The notes under the pieces were generated by a model that saw only the letters and a list, made by a program, of their open reading frames with translations, was not told the DNA's origin and ran no database searches. Below are positions 1-14,808 of a stretch of DNA of 64,000 nucleotides, piece after piece. The DNA comes from the human T2T-CHM13v2.0 reference genome, Homo sapiens, in assembly GCF_009914755.1 (NCBI RefSeq), contig NC_060931.1; one strand, given 5' to 3'. Each line of letters starts with the position of its first letter. Within the stretch, counting starts at the first letter, position 1. Made by a program: the position numbers and the translations under genes.

Positions 1-224
1 ATATAGTGATTCAGTATCTTCATGTGATGATTCACGTGTTTTAATTTGCCAAATGTTGCTTCTAGACTATTTTCAGAAACATTCTGTTGAGCTCTTAGGA
101 AAGTCACGATTTGGATAGCGAATAGGATGGGAGTTACTATTTTATTCCAACTTAAGCCCAATCATATGTTTTTTCTTAATTTAGATCATCTACTCCTATA
201 ACAATGATAATTTAGAAACCACAT

Positions 225-420
225 GGTACAGATGGTTAGGCATAGGCTTCTGGGATTTAAATACCAGTTATTTATTAGCTGGATTTAATTTTCTGCAATT
301 TATTTTATCTTTCTAAATGTGCATCTGAAAAATGGGGATAGTAACTCCCTCTTAAATGAGACAGTGATCTTAAAGAGCAGAATATAGTCCCTAGACATGG
401 TAAATGTTGTCTAAGTGTAA
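225..420 (+). mobile_element. MIR fragment (degenerate)
   Basis: MIR core-like catctgaaaaatggggatagtaac; boundaries approximate. Confidence 0.5.
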
Positions 421-452
421 GAATACAATGGCACAAGAGAGCATCTACTTAC

Positions 453-621
453 AGTTCACAGATGCCACCTCTGGCAGGAATGAGAGGCACAAGTTGCAGT
501 AAAAGCTTGACACCATTTTGCCATTCTTCTTCTCTTTCAAATTCACAGTACAAGTAGCTACATTCATCAGAGGAAAACTGGTAGAAAACATAAGTATCTT
601 GAAAGTATAGATGCTGGTCCA
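453..621 (-). CDS. RAPGEF5: RAPGEF5 exon 5 (VDQHLYFQDTYVFYQF...GGICE+CT; 169 nt), DEP C-terminus
   Basis: Lies within ORF 449..634. Acceptor ttttgtttcaaacag|, donor ACT|GTAAGT; F-Q-D-x-x-x-F-Y-x-F DEP motif; phase 1-2. Gene continues left of the window. Confidence 0.95.
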
Positions 622-998
622 CTGTTTGAAACAAAAAATATATAGATCAATTTTTTAAAAGATATTACTCAGAGAGTAATAACTCAAATGATAAATTGAA
701 AGCCCTAATAATTGGGAGCAATCAGGGTTAAGACTATAATTATACATTCTAAGCTCATTCATGTTTATAATCCCATTGAATTGGAAAGGACTTACTGACT
801 AGTCTATTTTTACTACTAGAAGCTCTGGCCAGCATATTCACATGTATTCATATTTTTTCTGCTTCAGAGACAGGTGCAGATAAAATCAATAACAATTCAA
901 AGAGGATGGGGAGAAATCTTTTTTAGTGACCCAAAGCAAATTAGTATATTTAATTAATTTAGTAATACAGAAATACAACATAATGGCAAGTTTTAGAT

Positions 999-1217
999 CA
1001 ATGATTCTCAACTTAGGGTGACTGTGCCTCCCCCAGGGGACATTTGGTGACGTCTAGACATTTTTGGTTGTTACATTTTGGGGGCAGAGCGCTACTAGTA
1101 TTGGAGGGTAGAAAAAAGGGATGCTGTTAAAAAAAACCCTACAATGTACGGGACAGCCCGTCACAACAAAGAACTATCTAACCCAAATGTCAATACTACC
1201 AAGGTGGGGAAACCCTG
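999..1217 (+). mobile_element. MER20 (hAT-Charlie non-autonomous DNA transposon)
   Basis: caatgattctcaac...cccaggggacatttgg...gaaaccctg follows the MER20 consensus; degenerate 8-bp TSD ttttagat/ttttaaag. Confidence 0.85.
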
Positions 1218-2082
1218 TTTTAAAGGAATCAAGAGCTAGAGATTTTTCCAAAAGGTATTAGTACAAAATGTTTTGCTAACCAAAAGCCTGAAACTATCAA
1301 GTATCCTAATAATACCTCCATTCTTCAAAGGTAGTTAACTAATTTTATAAATAAGAGTATTCGGTGCTAGGTACTATTGACTATCTAAGACGATTACACC
1401 CACGTCCATATCTGTACCATTCTTTCACAACAGGACCAGGGGTATGCCCTTGATATTTATTACCTATAGGAAAAAAGTGCTTTTCAGTGACCAACTAGCA
1501 GCTGAGAGACTGGGCTAAATAAATAATCCAGATTGCTCGGTTTCTAATCCTTCAGTTCTCTGGGCTCAACTAAGAAAAGAGATATCCATCACCTATTTTA
1601 GTTGCCAGTTAACATCTACTTTCTGTTCAGTCTAAACAGCTAATTTTCATAGGTCATATATCAAAGTGTTCATGATTACTTAGTCAATTAAAATGGCATA
1701 ACATCCCACTCATAAAATCAGTTTCTGATGATTATCCTAACTACAAGATAAATCACACACTTAGAGCAACTAAAGATGTCACTGATTTTGAAAAAAGTTT
1801 GTAAGCAGCATATTGAGTTCAGAAGAAAGGAAGTAGAGGAAGGACTCCTACAGGTAATATTAGTCTATGAATCAGCAAGTATCTAATAATTTTTGCAAGA
1901 ATTGTAAGAGAAATAAGTGAATCAAAAGATGACCTGTCACTTAGAAAATAAGAGAGAATACAAATATTTATCTTCAAAAATAATTTCCATCCAGACTGTA
2001 ACATCCTCTAGAAAATCAAGTGTATTTTCATCTGATAGCTTAATAAAATAATGATGCTGTGCCTTCAAGACATAATACTAAC

Positions 2083-2204
2083 CTGATAACATAATTCCCA
2101 TGTCCAGTAGGAGTTGCCAGACTCCTATGGCCATAGATCTGCACTGGACGAAAGGACAGTGTTCTAGAAGCCAGTCTACCAGCTCTGACCCAACGCAGCT
2201 CCTC
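2083..2204 (-). CDS. RAPGEF5: RAPGEF5 exon 4 (RSCVGSELVDWLLEHCPFVQCRSMAIGVWQLLLDMGIMLS; 122 nt), DEP core
   Basis: Acceptor ctttgcttttgttcag|, donor CAG|GTTAGT; DEP signature G-S-E-L-V-D-W-L ... W-Q-x-L-L-D-x-G; phase 2-1. Confidence 0.95.
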
Positions 2205-2339
2205 CTGAACAAAAGCAAAGCCATTCACAGTAAGATATTGCTGACATCCGTTTGCCAAAAAAACAAAAATGATATATAATACCTTTCCTTTCATGTGCTT
2301 GCTTTTTTTAGACAAGCAACCCAAGAATAAATGGCATAT

Positions 2340-2610
2340 ACCTCTTATTCATCTTTCAGATTAAAGCTCAAATATCACTTCCTTAGGGAAACAAGAGTCA
2401 AATTGTCTTCTACTTTTTCATCAAATCACCTAAAATTTAGTAAGTATATATCTTTACAAAGGAACAATATCTGCTTATCCCACTAGAGAATAATTTTCAG
2501 GAGAGCAGGAACTTTATATAACTCACTATTAATTCCCAACAATTAGAACAGTCCACAATACACAGTAAGTTGTCAAAATATATTTGTTTGAAAAACGAAG
2601 GAATAAATTT
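2340..2610 (+). mobile_element. L2 3' fragment
   Basis: L2-like gctcaaatatcacttcc...cccactaga... and an L2-type 3' tail. Confidence 0.5.
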
Positions 2611-3150
2611 AGCAGCCTTTTATATAGAGATAATGCTTTTACCTTGGTAAGCTACATACCTCAAGTTGGTGGTGATAAACTTTGGTTCAATTATTTATAG
2701 ATTTTTATCTAGTCCTTTTGAGAACAAAATAATTCCAAGATTAGACAAAATTGGGACCACAGTCAGTTGTATAGAGTTTTGTTTGCTATTCTTCAAACAA
2801 AGATTGAACCCTAAAATTTACTCCAAGAACAATAAATTTGATTGTTAATCTTTTTAATATAATCATTGTAACTATTTAAGCAGCCCAGGTCACATAACCA
2901 TAAACCCAGATGTGTTGGATTCCACTAACCACGCATGAAAAATTATTTTTGTAATCTGTCTTAAAACACACAACTATATTCAAAAAAATGTCATAACCTG
3001 GTTATTACAGGCGGTATCATCATGCCTACTTTTCAGATACATATGAGCCTCAGGGGGAAAACAAAAAGAAAAACTTCTGAAGTGTTTTGTCATTTGCAGA
3101 AATTTCATCAAATTTCACTCTCCCTTATGAGAAAAGATCATGAAAAAAAA

Positions 3151-3428
3151 TTTTTTTTGAGACAGGGTCATACTCTATCACCCAGGGTGGAGTGCTGTGG
3201 TGCAATCTCGGCTTACTGCGACCTCTGCCTCCTAGACTTGAGAGATCCTCCCACCTAAGCCTCCTGAGTAGCTAGGAGTACAGGTGCTCACCACTGGCTA
3301 ATTTTTGTTTTTTGTAGAGACTGAGTTTTGCCATGTTGCCCAGACTGGTCTCAAACTCCTGAGCTCAAGTGATCCTGCCTCAGCTGCCCAAACTGCGGAG
3401 ATTACAGGTATGAGCCAAGCACCTGGCC
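3151..3428 (-). mobile_element. Alu (AluJ-like)
   Basis: Poly-T followed by reverse Alu dimer (gagacagggtc...gcacctggcc). Confidence 0.9.
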
Positions 3429-4227
3429 AAAATGTTTTTTTAAAATAATGTATCATATAATGACTATCTTTATATGCAGTACTGAAGGACCAAGAGATGC
3501 CGACATTTATTTGTATTTCTAAAGTAGAAAAATATTGCCTATTTTGCTGTCTCTTGTGATTGGCATAGTTACAAATACCCTAGAATCACACCATAACCAA
3601 CAATATGAACTGCCATGGATGCTACATTTTCTGGGGTGAAGAAAAATAAAGTAGTAAACTTTTCTGCTGAGATATTTGATCAAACATCCCAGCTTTTCAT
3701 CAAAAGCTAGAATATATTTGGTAAAGTGTCACTATTTGACAGATACTCTAAGGCAATTAAGCCAATTCTAGACATGTTCAGTTGCAGGTTAGCATAAGAC
3801 AGCATAAAGATTAACAGTCAAATATATGGATTTCTTTTTTTAGAGAAAATGAGAAAACAGATGGCAATAAAACAGGCAATTAGACCAAACAGTCAAGACT
3901 TAACTTCTAATTCTATAGGATATCTTTCATGTTAAAGGTTCAAAGTGTTAATTAACTAATTAATTCCTCAACACCTCTGCCAATTAGTCAGCATCTCAGG
4001 GCTTTGAAAGCACTTTTATCTCATGGATTAAATACTGTACCATCTTAATTCATATTCTCAAAACAATGCAGGTCCTCAGTCTGCTCTGAGTGTCTGACAT
4101 CACCTGGACTATGAAAGAACACAATAAAGCATTTACTAAACAAACTAAACTGTCAAACTGCAAAGGTAGCTAGATGGATACAGCTGCTTGTTTGTTCACA
4201 GGTGATATGGAAGAAGCTTCTTAGAAC

Positions 4228-4750
<523 letters not shown>

Positions 4751-6329
4751 TAGAACACAGTACTGTCGTAACAATATTAATTAAAAACTGAGCCCCGCTC
4801 TCAGAGCAAACTACCATTTCTGTTGCATATGATCCCTTTCTATTTCCCCCACTGACTTTATCAAGTTATGTTTTAAATCACATATAAGGATCCACCTACC
4901 CCAGGGCAAACATGGGAGTAAAAGTAAACACTATCATTAATATCACCAAAGCATACAAAATGAGGTGGTGTTGTCTCTGCATTTAATGCCTTGTCCCCAT
5001 GTCTGCTACAATATGGTTAAAATACCTAAATCCACAGGACTTAGGGGAGAGCAGTGAGGAAGAAAAGAGAGATGGTTGGAACAGAACAATCTAAACACAG
5101 ACAGCAGTTCCTACCCACAGTGTATTTTCAGTCTTGTACTCAATCCAGAAACTGCTCCAAGTACATGCAGATCTGACTCCAGTTTCAATACTAGGTAGGA
5201 ATATTGTGATATGGAGGTGATCAGCTCAAAGCCCACGTGACTGCTTAACAAAACATGAATTTACCCAATCTCCAGAGTTGAAAATTTGATTTATCTTAGC
5301 ATCCTCCTGTCTCTAGTTAGATTTTTAGCAATTAATTCATAGTAATGCTACAATAATCTTTAAAATAAATCAGGTGATGGTATTTTAGTGACGTATTCAT
5401 GCAAAGAAATGACGTCTCAGAAACCAGTGTGATTCTTCCTACAGTATAAAGTGAATAGAAAGCATTTCAAAGTTTTGAAAGTGAGTTCTCACGTGGTATG
5501 TGGGGAATACTTTACCTCAATTTACTACCAGAAAAATGAAAATGATTCATCCCTAGGTAATCACATGAGCACTTCATGTTTAAACCCAGAATATTAATGA
5601 GTCCTTAGATTAGAAAAGAATGGTGGTCCTGGCCAGATCACAGGAAAACACATGCTCTCTCCCCATTCTATTCCCGTTAAACCCTAAATCTGTTCTAATT
5701 TGGATAGATGGATTTTTTTCCATGAACCTGATTAATGTTCAACTCCCAATCCTTTTTCAATCTCTATCCATGGAGATCCAATAAAGGAGGAAAAAATGAG
5801 AATAATGATTGATGTTACACATGGCCTCATGTAAATAAAATGAATACTGTGAGCTTGCTCACGACTCTACTCAAAGACTTACACATATAAATTTAGTTTT
5901 TTTAAAAAGGAGAAGTCAGATGTTTCTAAAGGTGATGCCATCATTTATTTTTTAAAGTGAGTTTCTATGTGAAGTAGTCCAACCACCACAGCCCTTTTAC
6001 TCCCTGTCCTGTCTACTTGGTCTGGGCTCTAACCTCATGGTTCTCAGACCTTGGGCTATGAATGAATCCCTAATGGGAGGAAAACAGCAGATCTTGGAGC
6101 TTTTTAAAGAGCTCCGTGAGTCCATACACACAAAGGCATTGTTTGTAAACAGAATACGCATGTCTAGCCTATGGCATATTTTTCAAAACCTATGTAAATG
6201 TTAATGTGATTGATTAAATGTGCTTAATTAAAGTGTTAATTCACTGGGGTTTCTCACCACACTATGGATTTGCTCAATTAATGGCTCAGAAGAATATAGA
6301 TTCTGCCAATTTTGTGATGTTAAAAAAAT

Positions 6330-6510
6330 GGTTGCAGGGAATGGTTACTGGCTGAAGAGAAGCAGGAAGGAACCTTCTGAGGTATGAAAATCCACTATAT
6401 CTGGATAGTGGCTAAATGGATAATGATTACACAGGTGTGTAATAAATAAAAGTTCAAGGTGTACATTTAAGATTTGCGCATTTTACTATAGAAAAATTAT
6501 GCCTCAGTAC
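6330..6510 (+). mobile_element. Old L1M 3' fragment
   Basis: ggaaccttctgagg...gtacatttaagatttgcgcattttact is typical of L1M 3' UTR ends. Confidence 0.55.
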
Positions 6511-7484
6511 AAAGGGGGTCGGTGGTCTCACTCTGATAGTCTGGGAATTACTATCCCAAAAACCCAAGCCATGATAAAATTTTTTCCATCTCCAGCAAAC
6601 AGAAAAAACAGAAATATTATAATGAGTTTATCATAAAGCTAAGTTTATTTAACATAAAGGAATATCCTTTATTCTGAGAACTTCCTACTTTTTGGGTGTC
6701 ATGAATCCTGAGTCCTCTTCTTACTCTTGATGGGTATTGCACGTCATTTCTTTGAAATAGAATAGTGATAACAAATGGTAGTGGTTTTTCTTTTTGTTTT
6801 CTTTCATAGTTTTGGTATCATTTGGTGTGGCTTAATATCTTTATCTGGCAAAACAAAAAGCTAATAATTTACTTTTGGTTTTTTCTTTAAATTGTTCCAT
6901 AAAATGAAAACATGCACATCAAGTTTTCTAAGTGACCATGCCCTTGGTCCAGCTGTACTTTAAAACTGGCCATTTACCTACCTGTTTACTCTCATATCTC
7001 TGTCAAGGTAGACACCTGCCATCCCTATGCCAACCTGTCTCTCCCTGCTCCTTATGCACTCAAGGAGGAGGCCCACTCTCACCTGGAGAGTTAGAGCATG
7101 TCTCTGCCCAAGGCATCCTTTCAGGGCCTCAATAAGGCCCCTAAAGAGGGGATCTATATTTATTAAAGACCCTAATGTAGCACCACCCCCTCACCCGCTG
7201 CAAAATATCACATCTCAGAGGAAGCAGAGCAGAGACTCTCTCAGGAGCCCATCCACACTTGGGGCTGGAAATTCCATACCCTAACTTCAGAACAGGAGTC
7301 AAACTGTAAACAAATGCATGACTAAGTTTAATGAAAAGTCACCATCAGTTTCCCCAATAGAACAAACAAACCCTCCTACTACTGATATTGTCCACCTCTC
7401 TTTGATCAAGGTTACAATTTTAACACAGGGTGGTTTTTTTTCCTCAAAGAGAATTTCTGACAAGGTGTTAGAAAACTGTGTTAC

Positions 7485-7591
7485 CTGTAAAACCCCTTGA
7501 GGTTCACTCTGTCCTTTATCAGGTCAGCTGCTTGAACGATAATAATATTCCTCAATGCTCTTCCTGCACAAGAAGAATTCTCTCCATAAAT
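7485..7591 (-). CDS. RAPGEF5: RAPGEF5 exon 3 (IYGENSSCAGRALRNIIIVQAADLIKDRVNLKGFY+AG; 107 nt), start of DEP region
   Basis: Acceptor tcttttccatttag|, donor CAG|GTAACA; resembles the Epac DEP start LI(R/K)DR; phase 0-2. Confidence 0.92.
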
Positions 7592-8459
7592 CTAAATGGA
7601 AAAGACAGTCACTGTAAATATAGAACAATAATGTGACAATTTGTGAACTACCAATAGCATACTATATATATATATATATATTTATATATATTCATATATT
7701 TATATATAAAATCATAACCAAGTCCATAAGGTTGAGACATATTTTAGCCAATACAGCTATAAACCTACAACTATCTTACTTTATTTTAGCTACTGGTCCA
7801 CTTATGCTGCTAAGCTGTAACTATTCTCCAAATGCTAACCTGCTTTATTTAACTACAGTTATAAATAATTTTCTTTTACACAAAGTTTTCAGTGTAAAAC
7901 ATCCACTATTTTTTAAATATAATATTTATATCAATACAGCAAATTGAAGACTTTATATTATGCATTAAGTCTGCATATTGATAATGCAAACATACACAGG
8001 TCTTGGAAGATGGAAAAACAATTTTCTTCCCTATCTAGTGAACATCTCGAACCATGACACAATTTGACAGCAGGCTGCTTTACTCTTAAGCTTCATTCAA
8101 CTGCAGAGTTCAAAGTCAATTCCAAGCATCCGGTTTCATCTACTTCATAATTCCAACTATCAGATAAAAATTTCATTTAACTTATTTTTTTAAATATTCT
8201 AATTCCCCCATATGAGTCTCTGGTTCTTGGAGGATGAAGAAGGGTAGTTCTTAGATCTAGAGGGGGCTAGGTCCTACTTTATAATACTACCTCCTTCTCT
8301 ATAACCAGCACCTTCCCCCAAAGCACAATGCTGTTTCACAAGCAAAGGGGGCTAAATGAAAATAAGCTGTCTTCATAAGGTTTATGAAAATTAATATATT
8401 ACTGGGGGTACATGCCTACATAGTTTTACTTTTTTCTTAGTAAATTTTTTATGTATCTA

Positions 8460-8463
8460 CTAT

Positions 8464-8497
<34 letters not shown>

Positions 8498-8576
8498 TAA
8501 ATGTGTATCTACTATATATATATATATACATACACACACATATATACATATACACACGTGTATGTATACATAGACA

Positions 8577-8598
<22 letters not shown>
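8460..8598. repeat. Compound microsatellite (GATA)n/(TA)n/(CA)n next to an Alu tail
   Basis: Directly visible. Confidence 0.9.
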
Positions 8599-8951
<353 letters not shown>

Positions 8952-9328
8952 TAATGATTATGATTTGACCAGGAACATCAACCCCATCCTTATACTTCTT
9001 TAATTTTCCTGATATCATCTCCTAAATACAAGCTGATAAGGAAGTAGGAAGGGAAGCAAATTATTTTTTAACATGTTAAAACTATTTAAAAAAAAAAAAA
9101 AAACAAAGCTTCAACAAGCCAGATGACAGAAAGTATTACCGAGGAAGCGGTGTGAGTAAGCTGACACTTGACTAGTCCTGAAAGCATACAATGTTCATTC
9201 ACTCAGTCATTCAAAAAGTACATAATGAGCAACTGTCAAGTGTCAGATCTATTCCTGATGGTGGGGATACAGCGGTGGAGAAGGTAGAGAAGGTCCCAGC
9301 CCTCACAAAGCTCACAGTCTCCTGTTAG

Positions 9329-9650
<322 letters not shown>

Positions 9651-10097
9651 AAAAAATGCAACTCTTTATTGACTGATTCTTTACTGCAACACAATGATAA
9701 ATAACAAGGAAGTAAATCTCCTTTTACACAAAACTCAGTGTAAAATATATGCTATTTGTAAAATACAGTGTTTTTAACAATAGCTATATTATATTTATAT
9801 CGTATTTATATTATATACATGCTCTGCCACATTAATTCATTCATGTAAAGAACCTGGAAGATGGGAAAATAATTTTTTTCCCTAGTTCGTGAACATCTTG
9901 AATCATGACAATGATCAGAGCATCTCAAACACTTTTGCTGTGTCATCCCAGGTGGTGAAGATAATGTGATCACTGCAGCATCCCTGCAAAACTCTATGTG
10001 GTCAGGAGCAAAGGGAACAACTGTAACTTGATAATTGTACATCAGAATTTGTCAATCACTATTTCAGAAAAGGCAGTAAAAGAGAAAGGAATCATAC

Positions 10098-10148
10098 CTG
10101 GGAAGGCGTATGTTCAAGGTACGGATTAGATATTCTTCTTGATAGAGT
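10098..10148 (-). CDS. RAPGEF5: RAPGEF5 exon 2 (TLSRRISNPYLEHTPSQ; 51 nt, phase 0-0)
   Basis: Acceptor ctaactattttttttt...aaaatag| with a branch-like CTAAC at 10176-10180; donor CAG|GTATGA; frame stays open. Confidence 0.92.
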
Positions 10149-10479
10149 CTATTTTAAACAAAGAAAAAAAAAATAGTTAGAACCAAATAAACTTTTGTAC
10201 CAAAAAAGGAAAACATAAGCAACAGTGGCCAGGGCAGGCCTCTGCTATGAAAAAAAAAAAAAAAAATGAGCTTAAATCTCAAATCATGGTCCCTAAGGGC
10301 TTAGCATCCTTATTTTCACTCAATGTAAATATCTGGTCAACATTTGTAACAACAGGACAGGATATTCCACTTCAATGGCTCCCAAGAGAAGTACAGTAGA
10401 AAGACTGGGATTTTCTTGGACCAGTCACTTTATTCTTGATGTGTTTTGGATTCCATTTCTCCTTTCCTTTTCCTCACCC

Positions 10480-11160
10480 TAACTCAGGCCTTCATCACTA
10501 TACACTCAACTACCTGCTTCAGCTTCCCAGTGGATTTTCCTGCTCTCTAGGTCACATCCCCTTTAGGCCATCCTTCAAACCACAACTAAGCAAATCTCCC
10601 TAAATCACCCCTTTGACTTATAGAGGATCCCTTATTGCTTATCCGAGTTAATCCATGCCCCCTCAGCTCACCACAGTCTGCCTCCAACAGATTTCCAGTA
10701 TTCTCTTTCCAACTCCCAGCAAAGCTTCTTCAGTTTAGCAAGACCTACTTGTCAGAAGAACTTGCCACTCATAACCCTGCCTTTAGTCACGTCAGTCTTC
10801 ATGTTAAAAGCCTTCCATCTTCCTCAATGCTTCCCAGAATCCCACCAGACTCGAAGTCCAGTTTTGTGGAGTCGGCTCCTGCATGAAGTTCCTCCTGCTG
10901 GGGTACGCTCCTCTTTAGAGCTCTGTTTTTGCTACTATTCAGGTGCAGCACCTGGGTGCTCAGCATTGTTGACTGTTTTTCTGTGTGTCCATTTGCCCCA
11001 AGGAATCCATAAGCTCCTTGAGGGAGGGCTGGCAGCTTATACTGCTTTGCTTTCATGGCATCCAGCACACAATTGTGCACAAAGATGTTTATTTTTTCTA
11101 TTCATTTATTTAGATATTTATATAACTGTATGAACTTAATATTATTTGCTGAATGATTTG
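10480..11160 (+). mobile_element. L2 fragments
   Basis: Pyrimidine-rich L2-like sequence ending in tatttgctgaatga; boundaries approximate. Confidence 0.5.
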
Positions 11161-14100
11161 AATTGTAGGAGCTAATTTTTCCTGCCTAATGATCCAGGAA
11201 ACAGCACCATCACCTACATACGCTTAAGCACAATACAGAACTATTATCATTTCCTATTGCAGTATTAAAAAAAGAACAGAGAAACTAACATTTATTGAAC
11301 TTCCAACCTATGTTTAAAGGCTCTTTCCATCTCTATTCTAAGTCTTGCTATCTTTTGAGATCCTATAGTTTTCAGCCTGCCGCCTCCATGTCTGAGAAAA
11401 ATTTGCTAAATGTACAAAACATGCCCTACCAGTCATCACTTTCCAGCATCTGAACCTTCTACTAAACTTTAGTCTAAAAAGAGAATTCCCATTCTGCCCC
11501 TTCCCCAGGCCACATGGCCCTCACATTACTCCTAATTAAACTAAAATAAAATGTATCAACTCTTTATCCAGAAATGCCAATTGATACCCTGTTAAAGATG
11601 TGTAGCTTGATTCAAAGAAAATAAATTTTATAAGGTAGAGAGCCCATTTTTAATTCCCAGCCTTCTGGTCTTGTCTAAATATACTACCAATCAGCCCCGC
11701 CTAGGCCTCATGTACCATGAGCCTATGTAATATAGTCCCTTATTGATATACTGAACAATTTAAAAGTTTTAAATGCACCAGATTATATGAAGATGAATCA
11801 TCATAATTTATTTTTTTCTCCAAACAGGTAGACTTTTAAAATCACTATGGCAGACCAGAAATGACAGTCTTTATTACTCATCTAATTGCCTGAATCAGCT
11901 AAGAGAAGCCAAATAGTTTATATAATCTAGTTAAAGAAAAAGCTTTTAAGCAGAAACAAGGTCTAAAAAAAAAAAACGTGGGCAGGGGCATTTTCACAAA
12001 AGAAAACAAGCCACTTGCCTTCCTGGCCATTGCCAACCGGAATCTGGCTGTCTACACACTCGTGTTACACTCACACAATTCCACTTAACAGAAACCTCCC
12101 CCATGGATGGCTTGCTTCAAAAGGTAGGTAAGGTGAGTAAATAAAGCAATGGGGTTCTTCTATACTGAATAGATAGCAGCGTTAGATAAGCTACTGGCCC
12201 CAGGAACTCAACAAGCTCAACATAATAACTGTCTTTTACAGGACACAATTCCTAGGTTGGCTGTCAGGAACTCCCTTGAAACCCTCTCTTCACTGGTCCC
12301 AGGAGAGCTTTGTTTCATTAACACTCTAGGACAGCTGTTCTCAAACTTGTTAGCTGAGCATGGGGAGCCAGAGAGCTTTGTGGAACTCAGTCAAGCACTG
12401 ACTCCCTAAACTTAAAACGATGATCATAACTGTACTTCCGCAGAGACCACTTTATGTTAGTTTTCAGTACTGACCCAAAATAGCAAGGGCCAAAGGCTTA
12501 AAGGAAAAGAACATGGGGAATATTCCATCCATTACCTCATTTTTAGCAGGTACTGGGAAAGGACTGTTACTTAATTTTATCAGAGAAACACCATGGGCCA
12601 TCTTATTGCTGCTGTAAATCACTCAAGAACTGCCCTCCCAGCATTTATCAGCAAGAGTACCGCAAAAGCACCCTTGAAAATGCACCCCCCTCTTTCCATT
12701 TTAACATTCTTTCCCTGATATACAATCACTCAGCTGTTTTCATCCCATCTTGGAATCCCTTGGTTTTGTTTTTCCTCTCAGCATCCCAGGGCTTCATCTC
12801 ATCACTCCTGTGGCAACTTACTTCCATTCATTTCATTTTTGAAGCACTTACTCAGCTGAGCACCCAGCACTGTGGGAACTTCCAGAAACACACACGGACA
12901 AGATACCATCCTTAATTTAGAAAACCCATTTGCCAGAAGGCATAGGATCTAAAGAACCTATTAAGCCCATGAATTCTTTTTCTTGATCCTAATCTCCTTA
13001 TCAATTTTCTCTGCAATCTTAGATGGCCGGTCACTCGATGCAGGGTATCCTCTCTTAAATGGCTCCCACCGTAATCTCTCATAAATATAATGCCCAAAGT
13101 GATGATTCCTTTATCCTATGTATTTTAGATTTCCTAGAATTACTTAAGTTGGATGCAAAGATTCTTTCATGAAAGACATATATAACCCAGAGAGATGAAA
13201 ATACTAATAACATAAATGAAAATAGATTTTTAAGTCAAATGTATTTCTCCTTTCCATTTTAATGAACCATGGAAAATGTTTCCCTAACTAATTACAGGCA
13301 AACCACATATTTTAAATGTAAACTAGGAAATTGCAATCCTTTAATATTCACAAATGGACTTCCAGAAAAAAAAATGGAGTAACTCCAGAAATAATTGGTT
13401 AGCAACCATATATTACATTTTTAAGTCAGGTATATATTAAAATTAAAGTGTAATAGTTCATGAAACTGAGTCTGAAGCAGGCATGGAACTCATTCCAGAG
13501 TTGCTAAAAATATCTTGCTAAACAGTGTAATAGACTTAAGGCATATTTTTCATTAGTCCTTAAAAGAGATAGGCACAGTTTCCATCAGTTTTTAAAGGAG
13601 ATGCCTTAATACTATCCTTAGACTCAGTTAAAGTACTTAGGCTACTAAGGGGTGAGAGAAATAAAGGAAAAAGACTGAATCACTTCAGTCACTACAGAAG
13701 CACTACCTGCCCTTTTACTAACATGAACTAACAAGAACTACCAAATTTATTGATAATGCAAGAATTAAGTTCATGACACAACTTTCTGCCAACTTCAGCC
13801 ACTGTCCCTTTTCCTATTCTGGGTGACCAGGCAGAATATGAAGATGAAACAATGGAATAAATACACTTGAATTTCTTACAAACCCAGGAAGATAAAAAGC
13901 CACATAACTAGCAGGCACATATGTAAAGCGATTATACAATAAAATAATAAAGGCTATGATCTATTAAGCTGCCCAGTGGATTTTTAACACAAGAAGAACC
14001 TGTGGGCCCTTCTTCAGCCCCCAAATAAACTTACATCTCAACCAAAGCTTGGTCAAGATTACAAGGACCGAATCCCAGCCAGATTACGGCCTTGAGAATT

Positions 14101-14225
14101 ATCCAGTCGTCAAAGTTGGGGATAATGGGTCAGGTGCGGTGGATCACATCACTCTATGATAACATGCTGCACATTATTAAGTAATAGTAACTGAGTTTCT
14201 GCTGTGTGCCGGAGACTACACCAAG

Positions 14226-14558
14226 TTTTTGGGGTTTTTTCTTTTTCTTTTTCTTTTTTTTTTTTGAGACAGGTTCTCACCATGTCGTCCAGGCTGGAGT
14301 GCAGTAGCACAAGCCCAGCTCACTGCAGCCTTGACCTCCCAGGCTCAATTCATCCTCCCACCTCAGCCTCCTGAGTAGCTGGGACTACAGGCACACACCA
14401 CCACCATGTCCAGCTGACTTTTGTATTTCTTTTTTTTTTGGAGAGACAGGATTTCGCCCTATTGCCCAAGCTGGTCTCAAACTCCTGGGCTCAAGCAATC
14501 CGCCCGCCTCAGCCTCCCAGAGTGCTGGGATTACCGGTGTGAGCTACCGCACCCAGCC
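14226..14558 (-). mobile_element. AluJ inserted in a MIR (MIR spans about 14180-14680)
   Basis: Reverse Alu dimer; right flank has the MIR core cctattttgtagatgacaaaact...aggttaag. Confidence 0.88.
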
Positions 14559-14808
14559 TATATTAAATATTTTGCATGCATCACATTACTTAATACTTGA
14601 AAAACTATGAGGTAGGTATTATAATTAATCCTATTTTGTAGATGACAAAACTAGACTTAAAAAGGTTAAGAAATCTGCCCGTTTGCAACCTAGCTGCAGT
14701 TATTGTCCCATACATGTCTCTTAATATAGAATGTGATCATTTAAGAGTAATGTGACAAAAAAGTGCATCTAACTGCAGTAAGAAGTCACAAATAGTATCG
14801 GCTAGACC

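Noticed and set aside
2202-2207. NAGNAG alternative acceptor (CAG GAG) at exon 4
   Set aside because: GAG is rarely used as an acceptor and nothing in the sequence supports its use.
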